Notes under the pieces: generated by a model | Database searches by the model: none | Told to the model about the DNA's origin: nothing | The model's input: the letters and a program-made list of their open reading frames with translations, nothing else | From: Bacteroidales bacterium | GTDB lineage: Bacteria; Bacteroidota; Bacteroidia; Bacteroidales; JACABE01 | Assembly: GCA_023251515.1 (NCBI GenBank) | Contig: JAHEYQ010000001.1 | Span: 74,785-138,784, forward strand | Length of the DNA: 64,000 nucleotides | Direction of reading: 5' to 3' | Translations under genes and position numbers: made by a program | Shown: piece by piece, positions 15,568-25,510 of the stretch | How the letters are laid out: each line of letters opens with the position of its first letter | Numbering within the stretch: the first letter of the stretch is position 1

Positions 15568-16413
15568 TTAAATACTTCTTTTACTGGCGTGTATCATTTT
15601 TTTAACTCTACGCAAATCAAAATCTGAATCTTTAATAATTTCATCTATTCTTTTTCTATCAGAAATCCCATTTGAAACACATATAGAATATATATCAGTA
15701 GAGTTAGCATCAGGTATCTCAATGAATTTATTTACAATACGAGAGCATATTTCCTCATAACCTTTTTTCCCAAGCCGTAAGCCTTTTTTAAATCTTTTTT
15801 CAAGGTATTTTGTAGCACAAATAATAATTCCGCAATGATCTTCCAGCTGGTTGTATAAAGTAATAAAGAAGTAAAGAACCTGATCAGATAATTTATCAGC
15901 TTCATCCATTATTATAATTGGATTTTCTTTTTTCTTAATTTCTTTAATTATCTCATTCATAAGTTCGCCAACTGTTAGCCCAGAAGTAGGTTTTCCAATT
16001 TTTTGAAGCAATTCAACTAAAAAAAGTTTACGATTCCAATATTCTGCACAGCTTAAAAAATAAACATCTTTATTGCTTTCTTCAAATGATTTAATTGATT
16101 CCGTTTTACCTGCTTTTCCTGCATTTCCAACTATAGCACTAGTCAAGTGATATAACTTACTGTCTGTAAGAAGCAAATTCATAATTTTAAAACCTCTCGT
16201 TTCAACAACTATCCACTCATCTTTTTTAAAGCCAATTTGAGCAGCGATTGACATCCACATTTTGTCGTTAATAAGCTCCCAGTTATCATTTAATACCTGG
16301 CTTATTGTTGCAGAACTAACACCCTGCAAGCTTGCAGCTGCTTTGTTTTGGCTTCCGTAGCGTTCGCAATAGCTTTGTAAACTTTCTTTGATTTTCGATT
16401 TATCATTTTTCAT
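15568..16413 (-). CDS. MuB-like transposition ATPase (N-terminal HTH + AAA+)
   Basis: 281 aa with HTH AAASLQGVSSATISQVLN, Walker A GNAGKAGKT and Walker B IIIMDEADKL. It lies downstream of the transposase. Confidence 0.75.
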   Translation of the reverse strand: MKNDKSKIKESLQSYCERYGSQNKAAASLQGVSSATISQVLNDNWELINDKMWMSIAAQIGFKKDEWIVVETRGFKIMNLLLTDSKLYHLTSAIVGNAGKAGKTESIKSFEESNKDVYFLSCAEYWNRKLFLVELLQKIGKPTSGLTVGELMNEIIKEIKKKENPIIIMDEADKLSDQVLYFFITLYNQLEDHCGIIICATKYLEKRFKKGLRLGKKGYEEICSRIVNKFIEIPDANSTDIYSICVSNGISDRKRIDEIIKDSDFDLRRVKKMIHASKRSI

Positions 16414-16431
16414 GTTTTCAGATTTGTATGA

Positions 16432-16782
16432 TTAATTATTGTAAGTTTTTTTAAATCCTTTTTTTAATGCTTCTCTAATATTTTCAAGTTCTTCTGTTTT
16501 TACATTTTTAGAATCAGCTTGATAGTTGTCTTGCAAAACCTTATCTAAATCACTTTTATATTTTTTATCATCAATGAAATATGAATACTTTGTGAACATT
16601 CTGTTTGAATTAGCTCCATCTTTAGCTTCTTCTGCAGTTTGTTTGCGAGTGTAGTAAATATCCATTCTTTTTTTAATCCATTCCTCGTTTTTACAATTAT
16701 TAGAATTTTCAAAATAAACAGCCAGTTCTCTTTGTTTAACCGCTTTTGCTGTAAGTCTGCTATATCCGTAATACACTTCCAT
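16432..16782 (-). CDS. Hypothetical protein between transposase and MuB-like genes
   Basis: 116 aa ORF. No motif recognised. Confidence 0.4.
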   Translation of the reverse strand: MEVYYGYSRLTAKAVKQRELAVYFENSNNCKNEEWIKKRMDIYYTRKQTAEEAKDGANSNRMFTKYSYFIDDKKYKSDLDKVLQDNYQADSKNVKTEELENIREALKKGFKKTYNN

Positions 16783-16792
16783 TTTTCAGATT

Positions 16793-18802
16793 TTAATATA
16801 GGTTTCTTAAATCAAATTCCTCATCATCTACACCAGCCACAGCAAGGCTAACAGCCTTTTGGTATTGTCCTATTTCGCCTGTTTGTTTGCGTGGTCTTCC
16901 GGCTTTGCTTTTTGCACTCACACCTTTTATAGCAGGAGTATTTAATCCGTGCTGGCTTGGGTGCTGTCCGTATTTTTCGAGTATGTCTTCAGTTTCTTCC
17001 ACTGCCTGTTGTCTCATAGCTTTATTAGCCAGTTCCTGTGCTTTTATAAATTGCATTTCGCCTGTTTCCAGTTCCTGGGCTGCACGATGTACTTTCAAAT
17101 ATGGATGTACATAGCTTACAAAGCGTAATCCGGTAGCATCCTGCATATAAATGGCAGCTAATGTCATATCGCAAGGATCATATTTTACAAAGAATTTTGC
17201 ACCAGCATTATTTTTTAGAAATACCAGGTCCGGTTGATTGTCTTCAGTAAGTACTTCGTAAGCGTATTTCTCTTTCTTCACCTGAATTTCAATACCACTT
17301 GCACGATAAGTACTTGGCTTTTCAGTTATCATCCAGAATATATCTATCATATCCCAGATTTCTATTTTAGCAGCTTCCGGATTAACTGAAGAATTATACA
17401 TTTCTATTCTTGAAATTCCTGTTTTCGGATGTGGAGCTGAGTTCCATTCTTTTCTTCTTAGTTCGTAAGTGGCTTTCACTTCATCCAGTGTTGGCAGGTT
17501 GGTTTTATTGGCTAAAACAAACTCCATATTAGCCCTGCTTTCCTGTTTTACAGCTGTAATATTTTGTCCGGTAAAATTCCAGTCTTTATGAAGGAACTGG
17601 CTTTGGAAACGTCCGAAAATGCTTTCAATAGTTTTTGATTTACCATTATAAGGAGCTGTATTCAGGCTAAGGTGAGCAATCTTTTTCATCAGTCCGGCAT
17701 TGTCCAGTTTTTTAGTACCGCCCTGGTTGTCATATTTCAATTCAAAAGGTTTGTGACCTGCAAACTGTATTGCCATTTTAAAGGCATTAAACTGAGCTTC
17801 ATAATCTTCAGTTTTGCTTATGTGGTAGCCCAATAAACACTCGCTATACACATCAATTACCTCATATACATTGCAGGTTTCAACTTTTCCGGCTGCATTC
17901 AGATAGAAATAGTTAAGTTTTGTACCGTCACTATACCAGAGCGAATCTCTGCGTGTAGGAAGCAACGTCCTGTGCTGACGGGTATAAGTTTCTTTATAAT
18001 TGAGCTCACCATATCTGGCAGCCATCCATTTACTCTTAATTTCAGGTTTATTCAGGAATATTTCAACAGCCTGCATACTCTTCAGCTGTTTCCATCCCAT
18101 TTCCTGAGCCTTTACATTATATTCAATCCACAATTGCGAAATAGTAACCCGGTTAATCATACTTGCGTAGCGTGCAATCATCCATTCACCAGCTTCAGCA
18201 GTAATTTTCTGAGAATTATCATTACCATAGTTACCTATTAATGATATATAACCTTCCTGTAAGTATCTTTCAAGTTTACGTTCCAGGCTTCTGAAGTTGC
18301 GAGGCAGTTTATTCGGGAAACGTCCGTTAATATCTTCAACAAATTGTACAGCTTCCTTCCAGAACTCAATTTTTGATTTTTTTGCACCAACAGCCGATCT
18401 ACGTTTTAATTGTTTTTCAAAAACCATTTGAATGGTATTTAAAACTGTGGCTTCGTTGGTGTATAAGGTTACTTTTTCGTCATGTAATTTATTTTTCTTA
18501 GGGTCAGCATCATCAAGTTCAAAAGTCTTAAAAAATTCACGGGCTTTTTCGTCAGCTACTATATTATTAATATAATCTCCGGTCGGAGTTTTATCGGTAG
18601 GTCCAAAAGCAGCAATAATTTGTTCCCGGTAATCACGTCTCATGGTATTATTCACTTCAATATACACAACCCTACCATTACCACCATAACCATGCTTAGC
18701 AAAATGCTTCCTTTCAGTACCATGTCTATATGCACTCATCCCAAACAGTTCAATAAACTGTTCAGAAGTAATGCATTGTATGTTATTGTAAGAAGTGTAC
18801 AT
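16793..18802 (-). CDS. MuA-like DDE transposase
   Basis: 669 aa. The integrase-core signatures are LWYSDGTKLNYFY (D), ELKYDNQGGTKK (D) and GKSKTIESIFGRFQ (E). Both size and position match Mu A. Confidence 0.85.
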   Translation of the reverse strand: MYTSYNNIQCITSEQFIELFGMSAYRHGTERKHFAKHGYGGNGRVVYIEVNNTMRRDYREQIIAAFGPTDKTPTGDYINNIVADEKAREFFKTFELDDADPKKNKLHDEKVTLYTNEATVLNTIQMVFEKQLKRRSAVGAKKSKIEFWKEAVQFVEDINGRFPNKLPRNFRSLERKLERYLQEGYISLIGNYGNDNSQKITAEAGEWMIARYASMINRVTISQLWIEYNVKAQEMGWKQLKSMQAVEIFLNKPEIKSKWMAARYGELNYKETYTRQHRTLLPTRRDSLWYSDGTKLNYFYLNAAGKVETCNVYEVIDVYSECLLGYHISKTEDYEAQFNAFKMAIQFAGHKPFELKYDNQGGTKKLDNAGLMKKIAHLSLNTAPYNGKSKTIESIFGRFQSQFLHKDWNFTGQNITAVKQESRANMEFVLANKTNLPTLDEVKATYELRRKEWNSAPHPKTGISRIEMYNSSVNPEAAKIEIWDMIDIFWMITEKPSTYRASGIEIQVKKEKYAYEVLTEDNQPDLVFLKNNAGAKFFVKYDPCDMTLAAIYMQDATGLRFVSYVHPYLKVHRAAQELETGEMQFIKAQELANKAMRQQAVEETEDILEKYGQHPSQHGLNTPAIKGVSAKSKAGRPRKQTGEIGQYQKAVSLAVAGVDDEEFDLRNLY

Positions 18803-19021
18803 TTATTTTTTAAGTATAGGTTTAAGTTTTTCCTGAATTTTATTGTAGCAAGTTTCAATAACACCATAATAGTCTTCTCTTTTCCCTTTAATTATCAAAG
18901 AAATTTGTGGAAGGCTAATTTTTTTCTCAGTAGCTATATCAGTTAAATATATCAATCCTCTAAAGTTTTCGACATATTCTCTTTTCTGCTCAAATGTTAA
19001 ATTTTCTTTTTGCATATACAT
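18803..19021 (-). CDS. Ner-like small HTH regulator
   Basis: 72 aa. It is the first gene of the early operon, divergent from the repressor-like gene. The HTH-like stretch is LTDIATEKKISLPQISLIIKGKR. Confidence 0.5.
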   Translation of the reverse strand: MYMQKENLTFEQKREYVENFRGLIYLTDIATEKKISLPQISLIIKGKREDYYGVIETCYNKIQEKLKPILKK

Positions 19022-19038
19022 TTATAAAAATTGTATTG

Positions 19039-19046
19039 TACTTTTG
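19039..19046 (+). promoter_or_regulatory. -7 box TACTTTTG for the repressor-like gene
   Basis: Matches TAnnTTTG, 64 nt upstream of the ATG at 19110. Confidence 0.35.
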
Positions 19047-19058
19047 TAAAATACTTTG

Positions 19059-19066
19059 CAAATATA
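19059..19066 (-). promoter_or_regulatory. -7 box TATATTTG for the early operon
   Basis: The forward strand reads caaatata, 38 nt upstream of the ATG at 19021. It is interdigitated with the + strand box. Confidence 0.35.
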
Positions 19067-19109
19067 ATACAGAATTTCTGAAAAACAACAGAAATTATGA
19101 ATTTTTTTT

Positions 19110-19526
19110 ATGGAAAATGATAAGTTTTTTTTAAATGATAGATTTTCAGATATATACAATGTGTTAATTTCTGAAAAAAAGGTGAAAAACAAGAGTGATT
19201 TATGCGATAAATTAGGCATAAACAACTCTACTGTTTCAGAAATTCTGTCAAAAAGGCAGGGTGTTACTGTTGATTTTATACAAAAATTCTGTAATTATTT
19301 TAAAGAATATACCCCAAATGATTTTTTTAATCCATCAAAACATAATAATTCATACGAAAATAAAATTCAAGTTTCAGTAATTGATGAACCAAAATCAGAA
19401 TACAAACCCAATTGCAAATTATGTATAGAAAAAGATAAAATTATAGAAAGCAAAGAAGATACGATTATAGCACTAAAAGAAACTGTTACACAACTAAAAA
19501 ACAATATTGATCTGTTGAAAAAATAA
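19110..19526 (+). CDS. Repressor c-like XRE-family HTH protein with C-terminal coiled coil
   Basis: 138 aa. The HTH is KSDLCDKLGINNSTVSEILSKRQ and the C-terminal heptad-like segment is EDTIIALKETVTQLKNNIDLLKK. It is divergent from the early operon. Confidence 0.6.
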   Translation: MENDKFFLNDRFSDIYNVLISEKKVKNKSDLCDKLGINNSTVSEILSKRQGVTVDFIQKFCNYFKEYTPNDFFNPSKHNNSYENKIQVSVIDEPKSEYKPNCKLCIEKDKIIESKEDTIIALKETVTQLKNNIDLLKK

Positions 19527-19550
19527 TTATTTTTTATTTTTCAAAACAAA

Positions 19551-19591
19551 AATAAGGCTAATTCATTAAATATTAATGTTTTAGCCTTATT
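19551..19591 (+). terminator. Hairpin terminator after the repressor-like gene
   Basis: AATAAGGCTAA ... TTAGCCTTATT stem followed by a T-rich tract. Confidence 0.55.
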
Positions 19592-19709
19592 TTATTATTG
19601 TTTTAATATGCTTTTATTGTGTATTATACCCCCTTTATTAATTTTTATTTAACTTTATATCGATGTTTTTAAAGATTATCTATTTATCAATATATCTTTT
19701 TTGGGTATG

Positions 19710-19745
19710 CTACTGGGTAACCTACTGGGGCTCCTACTTGTATTT
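19710..19745. repeat. Three tandem 12-bp units CTACTGGGTAAC / CTACTGGGGCTC / CTACTTGTATTT
   Basis: Read directly from the sequence. Locally G+C-richer than the flanks. The third unit runs into the 15-nt end repeat. Confidence 0.5.
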
Positions 19746-19753
19746 TTCGTTTT
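19739..19753. repeat. 15-nt direct repeat TGTATTTTTCGTTTT (copy 1), candidate transposase end-binding site
   Basis: Identical 15-mer at 19962-19976. The - strand reads AAAACGAAAAATACA. Confidence 0.5.
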
Positions 19754-19768
19754 TATGCACAAAAAAAA

Positions 19769-19795
19769 GGCTGTTTAAAAATCATTTAAACAGCC
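19769..19795 (-). terminator. Hairpin GGCTGTTTAAA...TTTAAACAGCC with a U-run on the - strand
   Basis: Perfect 11-bp stem, preceded on the + strand by A8. It would stop transcription entering the prophage from the host side. Confidence 0.5.
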
Positions 19796-19961
19796 ATCAA
19801 AAGTTACTTAAAACCCATTAAAAAAAATACGCTAAACAAGCCATTTTAAGCATATTTAGCGTATCTTTGCACCATTATAGGTTATTCCCTATAAGTATTC
19901 AATTAAATTCATTTAAATTAAAGTAAAAACCGGGCAAAATTAAAGTCAAATTAAACCATAA

Positions 19962-19976
19962 TGTATTTTTCGTTTT
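19962..19976. repeat. 15-nt direct repeat TGTATTTTTCGTTTT (copy 2, outermost)
   Basis: Identical to 19739-19753. It lies about 65-80 nt from the truncated host gene. Confidence 0.5.
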
Positions 19977-20041
19977 ATTACTATACAACGTAACTCATTA
20001 AAAAACAGGCAAAAATATATTATACTCTTGTACTTTTAGTT

Positions 20042-21619
20042 TTATTTATTATAATTTTGTTTGTCTTTGGTATTTGTACCTCTTAGTATTTCATCCAAAA
20101 ATATTATAGTTTGTGGGTTATTATTTGCATGATTTATAACTTCTTTTAGTCTAAGTAATTCTGCATAAAAATATGATTCATTTTTAAATAGCGAATCATG
20201 GATTTTAATAGAAGACATAATATCGCATGGACTGAAAATAAGTTTTTTAGCACAAACAGGAGCTCCATTCATTGCCAAAATCAAATTTATAGAAATACTT
20301 CTTAAAAAGGTACTTTTTCCTGCCATATTTGCTCCGGTAATTATTGTAATTGAGGGCTTCCAGTTAATTCTGACGTTATTATTTACTCTTTTTTCATTAT
20401 TTATTAATGGATGTCCCATTTCAATTGCATCAAATTCAAAGTTTTGAGTTGATAATTCAGGATAGTTTAATTCATTCTGATAATTAAATGCAAAGATTGA
20501 ATAACTAAGAAGCGAATCGAATTCTGCTAAAGTTTTAAACCATAACAAAATATTATCTTTATGAATTTTTTTCCATTTTTCTAATTTACAATAAAGTTGT
20601 ATGTCGAATATAAACAATGAGTTAAGTAAAATGGCAATGATAATATTTAATCTGAAATCAAAAGCATTTAATAATTTAAATAGTGCTAGTAAAGATTTGC
20701 TTGCTTGTAATTCATTTGAATGTAATGAGTTATTAAGTTTGCGCAGATAATCAGAATTAAAATCCTCATTTTCTATTTGTTTTAATAATTCAGAATAATT
20801 TTTTAGAATTTGCGAAATATTATTTAGCTTTGAGTGAGCCAGATTTATTTTTCGCAAATTAAAATATACTACAATTAAGTTTAAGAATACGGGCAATATT
20901 ATTGATTGATAAGTTATTGAATTTAAAATTATCAATATGATAAATAAAACTGTAATTATTGGTAAAATGAATGATAAAAATCTTAAAATTTTAATTTTAC
21001 CGGCATCTTGATTTAGCCATAATTCAATGTTTTCCAATTCATTGCCATATTCTTTTATAAATGTGCCTAATGTTCTGAAATTTAATGAAAAAGCTGATTT
21101 TGATGATAATTCTTTGATTGCTTGTTGTTTGTCTTTAATTTTATTTGTGTCAAGCTCTGATTTACATAAACTTTCTGCAAATTCTTTTTCGCTTGATTTG
21201 CATGAAGTTCTGTTAATAAATTGAAAAAGAGAGCCATTTCCAAACAAATCAAAATCAGCTGAAAGATTTGGGTTTAATTTGAAATATTCTTCACCGGAAT
21301 AATGATGATTAAAGTTGTAATTTAAGTAATTAAGTTCATTTTCAACTATTTGTATTTGATTGTTTGTGTACTTTGCTTTGTATTTTAATTTAATATTTAA
21401 TTTTACAGCAATTAAAAGAGATATAAAACTTAATATGCATATAATCAGGTAAATATAATTGTGCGTGTTTTTTATAAAAGATACCAAAGAAGCAAATGAA
21501 ATCAGAAAAATAACAAGTCTGATTACATAAAAATAGCTGTTTCTTTTTCTTAATGTATTTTTACTAATTTGTAAATCAGATAGTTTTTGTGTATAGAACG
21601 ATACTGCTTTTTTTTGCAT
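20042..21619 (-). pseudogene. MutS-related protein (MutS domain V ATPase with N-terminal TM segments), 3'-truncated
   Basis: 525 aa with Walker A GANMAGKST and Walker B IIFLDEILRGTN. The ORF then ends as TKDKQNYNK*, without the roughly 80-100 aa that normally complete the ABC-type ATPase domain. Confidence 0.6.
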
Positions 21620-21766
21620 GATTTAATATTTACTATGTTGACTTTTTTTGCAAAAGTAATATTTTGTAGTTTTCAAATTTAAAAAATCTTAAATCTTTTT
21701 AACTTTTACTGATGAGTTCATTAAACATTAAAATTATTTTTTTGTTATATGAACTAAAGTAGAACT

Positions 21767-22285
21767 ATGAAAAAAGCAGAACAAAAAATTGAGCAATTTA
21801 TTTTCTTTAGCAGATGGATGCAAATGCCTGTGTATTTGGGTTTAATAATTGCATCTTTGTTTTATGTGTTTAAATTTATGATGCAATTATGGAATTTAAT
21901 GACAAATTTTACATCAATGGATGAAAATACAATTATGCTAGCTGTTTTGGGTTTAATTGATATTTCAATGGTAATTAATTTGTTAGTAGTTGTGTTTATT
22001 GGTGGTTATTGGACTTTCGTAAGCAAAATTGAATTTGAAAATCATGATGATAAACCGGAATGGCTTAGTAAAATAAATGCAAGTACTTTAAAAATTAAAT
22101 TAATAGTTTCATTGGTTAGTATTTCTGGAGTACATTTGCTTAAAACCTTTGTTGATATTCATAATATTGAGTTGCAGGATGCATTGCTGCAAATAGGGAT
22201 ACATATGGTATTTATTCTTTCTGCATTATTATTAGCTTATACAGATAAAATTATGCATTTCAATGATTCTGATTCTAACCATTAA
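21767..22285 (+). CDS. UPF0114 (YqhA) family membrane protein
   Basis: 172 aa with the FFSRWMQMPVYLGLIIA N-terminal signature and multiple TM helices. Confidence 0.65.
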   Translation: MKKAEQKIEQFIFFSRWMQMPVYLGLIIASLFYVFKFMMQLWNLMTNFTSMDENTIMLAVLGLIDISMVINLLVVVFIGGYWTFVSKIEFENHDDKPEWLSKINASTLKIKLIVSLVSISGVHLLKTFVDIHNIELQDALLQIGIHMVFILSALLLAYTDKIMHFNDSDSNH

Positions 22286-22429
22286 TTATTGGTTTATAAA
22301 ACTTATAATCAATTGAATGTATTAATATTATTCATAAGCCTATTTCTGAAAAGTTTTTATCAGAATCTTTAATTTGAATTAATATTAATTTTTATTCATT
22401 TTATTATCTTTGCATAAAAAATCAATAAA

Positions 22430-23200
22430 ATGCGATATTTCATTAGTTTGGCATATAATGGAAAGAATTTTCATGGATGGCAAATTCAAAACAATGCGAT
22501 TACAGTTCAGGAAGTTTTAAATAATGCTTTAAGTATGTTTTTCCGGACTAAAATAGAACTTACCGGTGCCGGAAGAACAGATACGGGAGTTCATGCCTCT
22601 GATTTTTATGCTCATTTTGATATAGATAATGAAATTGATTTATTGAAAATACCTCATATTATTTATAAATTAAATGGATTCTTAAAAGAAGATATAGTTA
22701 TTTACAATATTTTTAAAGTTGATGACTCGGCTCATGTCAGATTTGATGCAATATCAAGAACTTATAATTATTTTATCAATTTTAAAAAGAATGTTTTCAA
22801 TAATGATTTTTCTTATAATTATTTCATTCATTTAGATTTATATAAAATGAATGATGCTTGCAAAATTTTATTTGAATATACAGATTTTTCTTGTTTTTCG
22901 AAATCAAACACTCAAACCAAGACAAATAATTGTAAAATTACAGAAGCAAATTGGAAAATTGTTGATGATCAATTAATTTTCACTATTACAGCTGATCGTT
23001 TTCTTAGAAATATGGTGAGAGCTATTGTTGGAACACTTTTGGAAATTGGAAATGGTAAATTACAAGTCAATGATTTACATAGGATAATTAAGAGTAAGAA
23101 TCGGTCAGATGCTGGATATTCTGTCCCTGCAAAGGCATTATTCCTTTCAAAAATTATTTATCCTGAAAGAATTATGACATTAAATACGAATATTAATTAA
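22430..23200 (+). CDS. truA: tRNA pseudouridine(38-40) synthase TruA
   Basis: 256 aa. [20 protein letters not shown] and the catalytic motif [11 protein letters not shown]. Confidence 0.9.
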   Translation: MRYFISLAYNGKNFHGWQIQNNAITVQEVLNNALSMFFRTKIELTGAGRTDTGVHASDFYAHFDIDNEIDLLKIPHIIYKLNGFLKEDIVIYNIFKVDDSAHVRFDAISRTYNYFINFKKNVFNNDFSYNYFIHLDLYKMNDACKILFEYTDFSCFSKSNTQTKTNNCKITEANWKIVDDQLIFTITADRFLRNMVRAIVGTLLEIGNGKLQVNDLHRIIKSKNRSDAGYSVPAKALFLSKIIYPERIMTLNTNIN

Positions 23201-23208
23201 TTAAAAAA

Positions 23209-23961
23209 ATGGCACACGAAATTGATTTTAAGATTTTTGGCGACGATATGCAGATTGTCGAAATTGAATTGGATCCGAATGAAGGCGTAAGAGCTGAAGC
23301 CGGAGCTATGATGTATATGGAAGAAGGAATTGAAATGCAGACATCTACGGGAGGTGGCTTGTTTAAAGGTTTCAAACGAATGTTGACAGGCGAAAGTTTC
23401 TTTATTACAACATTTCTAAATAATTGGACTGGTAAAAAACATGTTGCATTCGGTGCTCCATATCCGGGTAAAATCATCCCTTTGGATTTAAAAACATTAG
23501 GAGGAGAGTTTTTTTGTCAGAAAGACAGCTTCTTATGTGCAGCCGAAGGAATTGATATTGATATAGCTTTTACAAAACGATTGGGAGCTGGTTTTTTTGG
23601 TGGCGAAGGATTTATATTACAACGTCTTAGTGGCGATGGTAAAGCTTTTGTTCATGCAGGAGGTACTATTATCAGTAAACAACTACAGCAAGGTGAATCT
23701 TTAAAGGTTGATACCGGTTGTATTGTTGCTTTTTCTAATACTGTTGATTATGATATTCAGGCAGTTCCTGGTTTTAAAAATGCATTGTTTGGTGGTGAAG
23801 GTTTGTTTTTGGCTAAATTAACTGGTCCCGGTTTGATTTATTTACAAAGTTTGCCTTTTTCAAGATTAGCTGATAGAGTTCTTTCTGCTGCTGCTAAAGG
23901 AAATCGTGAGCAAAGCGGTGGTATAATTGGAAATATTTTGGGCGGAGATAAAAATTACTAA
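23209..23961 (+). CDS. AIM24 / TIGR00266 family protein
   Basis: 250 aa. Contains [25 protein letters not shown] and [14 protein letters not shown], typical of the family. Confidence 0.8.
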   Translation: MAHEIDFKIFGDDMQIVEIELDPNEGVRAEAGAMMYMEEGIEMQTSTGGGLFKGFKRMLTGESFFITTFLNNWTGKKHVAFGAPYPGKIIPLDLKTLGGEFFCQKDSFLCAAEGIDIDIAFTKRLGAGFFGGEGFILQRLSGDGKAFVHAGGTIISKQLQQGESLKVDTGCIVAFSNTVDYDIQAVPGFKNALFGGEGLFLAKLTGPGLIYLQSLPFSRLADRVLSAAAKGNREQSGGIIGNILGGDKNY

Positions 23962-24121
23962 GCTATTTCATTTGTATGTTATTGTAATTTAGTTTTTTGC
24001 TCTTTTTTTAAACTTTGCTCTGAAGTTTCTTTGTAATAGCTTTGATGTTTGTTCAGTATTTTGTTAAACAATTTTTTTAAACGCTTGTTAATTCATGTAT
24101 TGAGATCAAAAAAAAGTCAAT

Positions 24122-24502
24122 ATGAAGAATTTGTCAACAATCGGAAGAATTTTGTTTGCAATACCATTTGGTATTATTGGTTTAAATCATTTTTTAATGA
24201 GGGATGTTTTCCTGAAAATTATGGAAAATACATCATTTATTCCCGGAGGTGGATTTATTATCCTTTTTACAGGATTTGTACTAATATTAGCCTCAATTAG
24301 TATATTGCTGAATAAGTTTATACAATTAACTTGTTTTATTCTTGCAGGCTTGCTTTTGGTATTTATTGCAACGATTCATATTCCCGGTTTGTTTGTGGAG
24401 GATTCTCATCAGGCAGCCATGGCTTTATTTATGTTATTGAAAGATATGGGATTAATGGGTGGCGCTTTAATGATAGCAGCTTATTATAATCCGAAAAAGT
24501 AA
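24122..24502 (+). CDS. DoxX-like membrane protein
   Basis: 126 aa with four hydrophobic segments and a GRILFAIPFGIIGLNHF start. Confidence 0.5.
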   Translation: MKNLSTIGRILFAIPFGIIGLNHFLMRDVFLKIMENTSFIPGGGFIILFTGFVLILASISILLNKFIQLTCFILAGLLLVFIATIHIPGLFVEDSHQAAMALFMLLKDMGLMGGALMIAAYYNPKK

Positions 24503-24559
24503 ATAATAGGAAATTGAAATTTATGCAGGTTTTTACCTGCTTTTTTGATTTATTGAAAT

Positions 24560-25114
24560 ATGCAATATTTGTTATTATTACGTGGTATTAATGTGAGTGG
24601 TAAGAGATTGATTAAAATGGAAAGTCTTGTCAATCTCTTCAATTCTTTGGGATTTTTTAATGTTAAAACCTATATTCAAAGTGGAAATATAGTTTTTGAA
24701 TCAGATATTGTTGATAAGCAAATGGTTAAATTAAAAATTGATACAGCAATTGAGATAGAATTCGGATTCAAAATAATTTCATTTATTTTTGATTCAGAAG
24801 AATGGGAGAAAGCCATTAGAAATAATCCGTTTATTTCTAATAACTTAATTGACCCTGATAAATTACATTTAAGTTTTTTAAATAATATTCCTTTGGCTGA
24901 ATTACAAAATTTAATTATATTAGATAAAAATAATGAAGATGAATTTAAAATTATCAATAATATAGTTTATATTTATTGTCCTAACGGATACGGAAATACA
25001 AAATTTACAAACACTTTTTTTGAAAAAAAATTACGAATTAATTCTACCACCCGAAATTTGAAAACTGTTTTGAAACTTAGAGATTTATTAAAACTTAATA
25101 AATCATTATATTAA
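24560..25114 (+). CDS. DUF1697 family protein
   Basis: 184 aa with MQYLLLLRGINVSGKRLIKM, the hallmark N-terminus. Confidence 0.8.
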   Translation: MQYLLLLRGINVSGKRLIKMESLVNLFNSLGFFNVKTYIQSGNIVFESDIVDKQMVKLKIDTAIEIEFGFKIISFIFDSEEWEKAIRNNPFISNNLIDPDKLHLSFLNNIPLAELQNLIILDKNNEDEFKIINNIVYIYCPNGYGNTKFTNTFFEKKLRINSTTRNLKTVLKLRDLLKLNKSLY

Positions 25115-25510
25115 TAGCAAAGTACAGATAATAAGATTTATACATTTGTTATTTAGAAAATGTGCTTAGATTAAAATATGATTTTTTAAATTTGTTTTTA
25201 AGTTATTGACATCCATATTTATGCATTCTATTTTCTTATGAATTAACCAAGTGTTATTCTAAATTAGATGATTTTAACAAAAATTTATTATAATCAGTAA
25301 TTTGTAAAAAAAAAAATATTATTTTTACTACCTTGAATTAATAACAAAAATTAACAATTATCTTTTTAATAAAATTACTGATTATGAATAGATTAAACAA
25401 AGGATCACCTTTTTTGGAGAGAAGGATTATTATGCTATTATTAATAATCCAATAACAAACATATATTTTAAAATATTACAAATCAATATATTAATTAAAT
25501 TTATACATTT

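Larger units (their letters stand above)
1..20050. mobile_element. Mu-like transposable prophage; the window holds one end plus about 20 kb, and the other end lies upstream of nt 1. The right boundary is approximate (19978-20060).
   Basis: Co-occurrence of a MuA-like DDE transposase, MuB-like AAA+ ATPase, divergent Ner/c-like HTH switch, GemA- and DUF3164-like early genes, gp27-like small terminase, large terminase, DUF935-type portal, MuF and gpG-like genes. There are end-proximal 15-nt direct repeats, and the element abuts a 3'-truncated host gene. Confidence 0.8.

Noticed and set aside
19022-19225. 67-aa - strand ORF across the switch region
   Set aside because: It overlaps the divergent promoters and the 5' end of the repressor-like gene, and its translation is hydrophobic and low-complexity.
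20042-21619. MutS-like ATPase as part of a defence system or as a phage gene
   Set aside because: It lies outside the phage end repeats, resembles the widespread Bacteroidota MutS-related family with TM segments, and has no partner genes. It is better explained as a disrupted host gene.
25290-25385. Invertible promoter (phase switch) upstream of the giant adhesin: 14-bp perfect inverted repeat ATAATCAGTAATTT / AAATTACTGATTAT flanking about 68 bp
   Set aside because: The element is much shorter than known Bacteroidales invertible promoters, no recombinase is nearby, and a 14-bp AT-rich inverted repeat is not far from chance expectation in a window this size. It is worth a look only if read data show both orientations.
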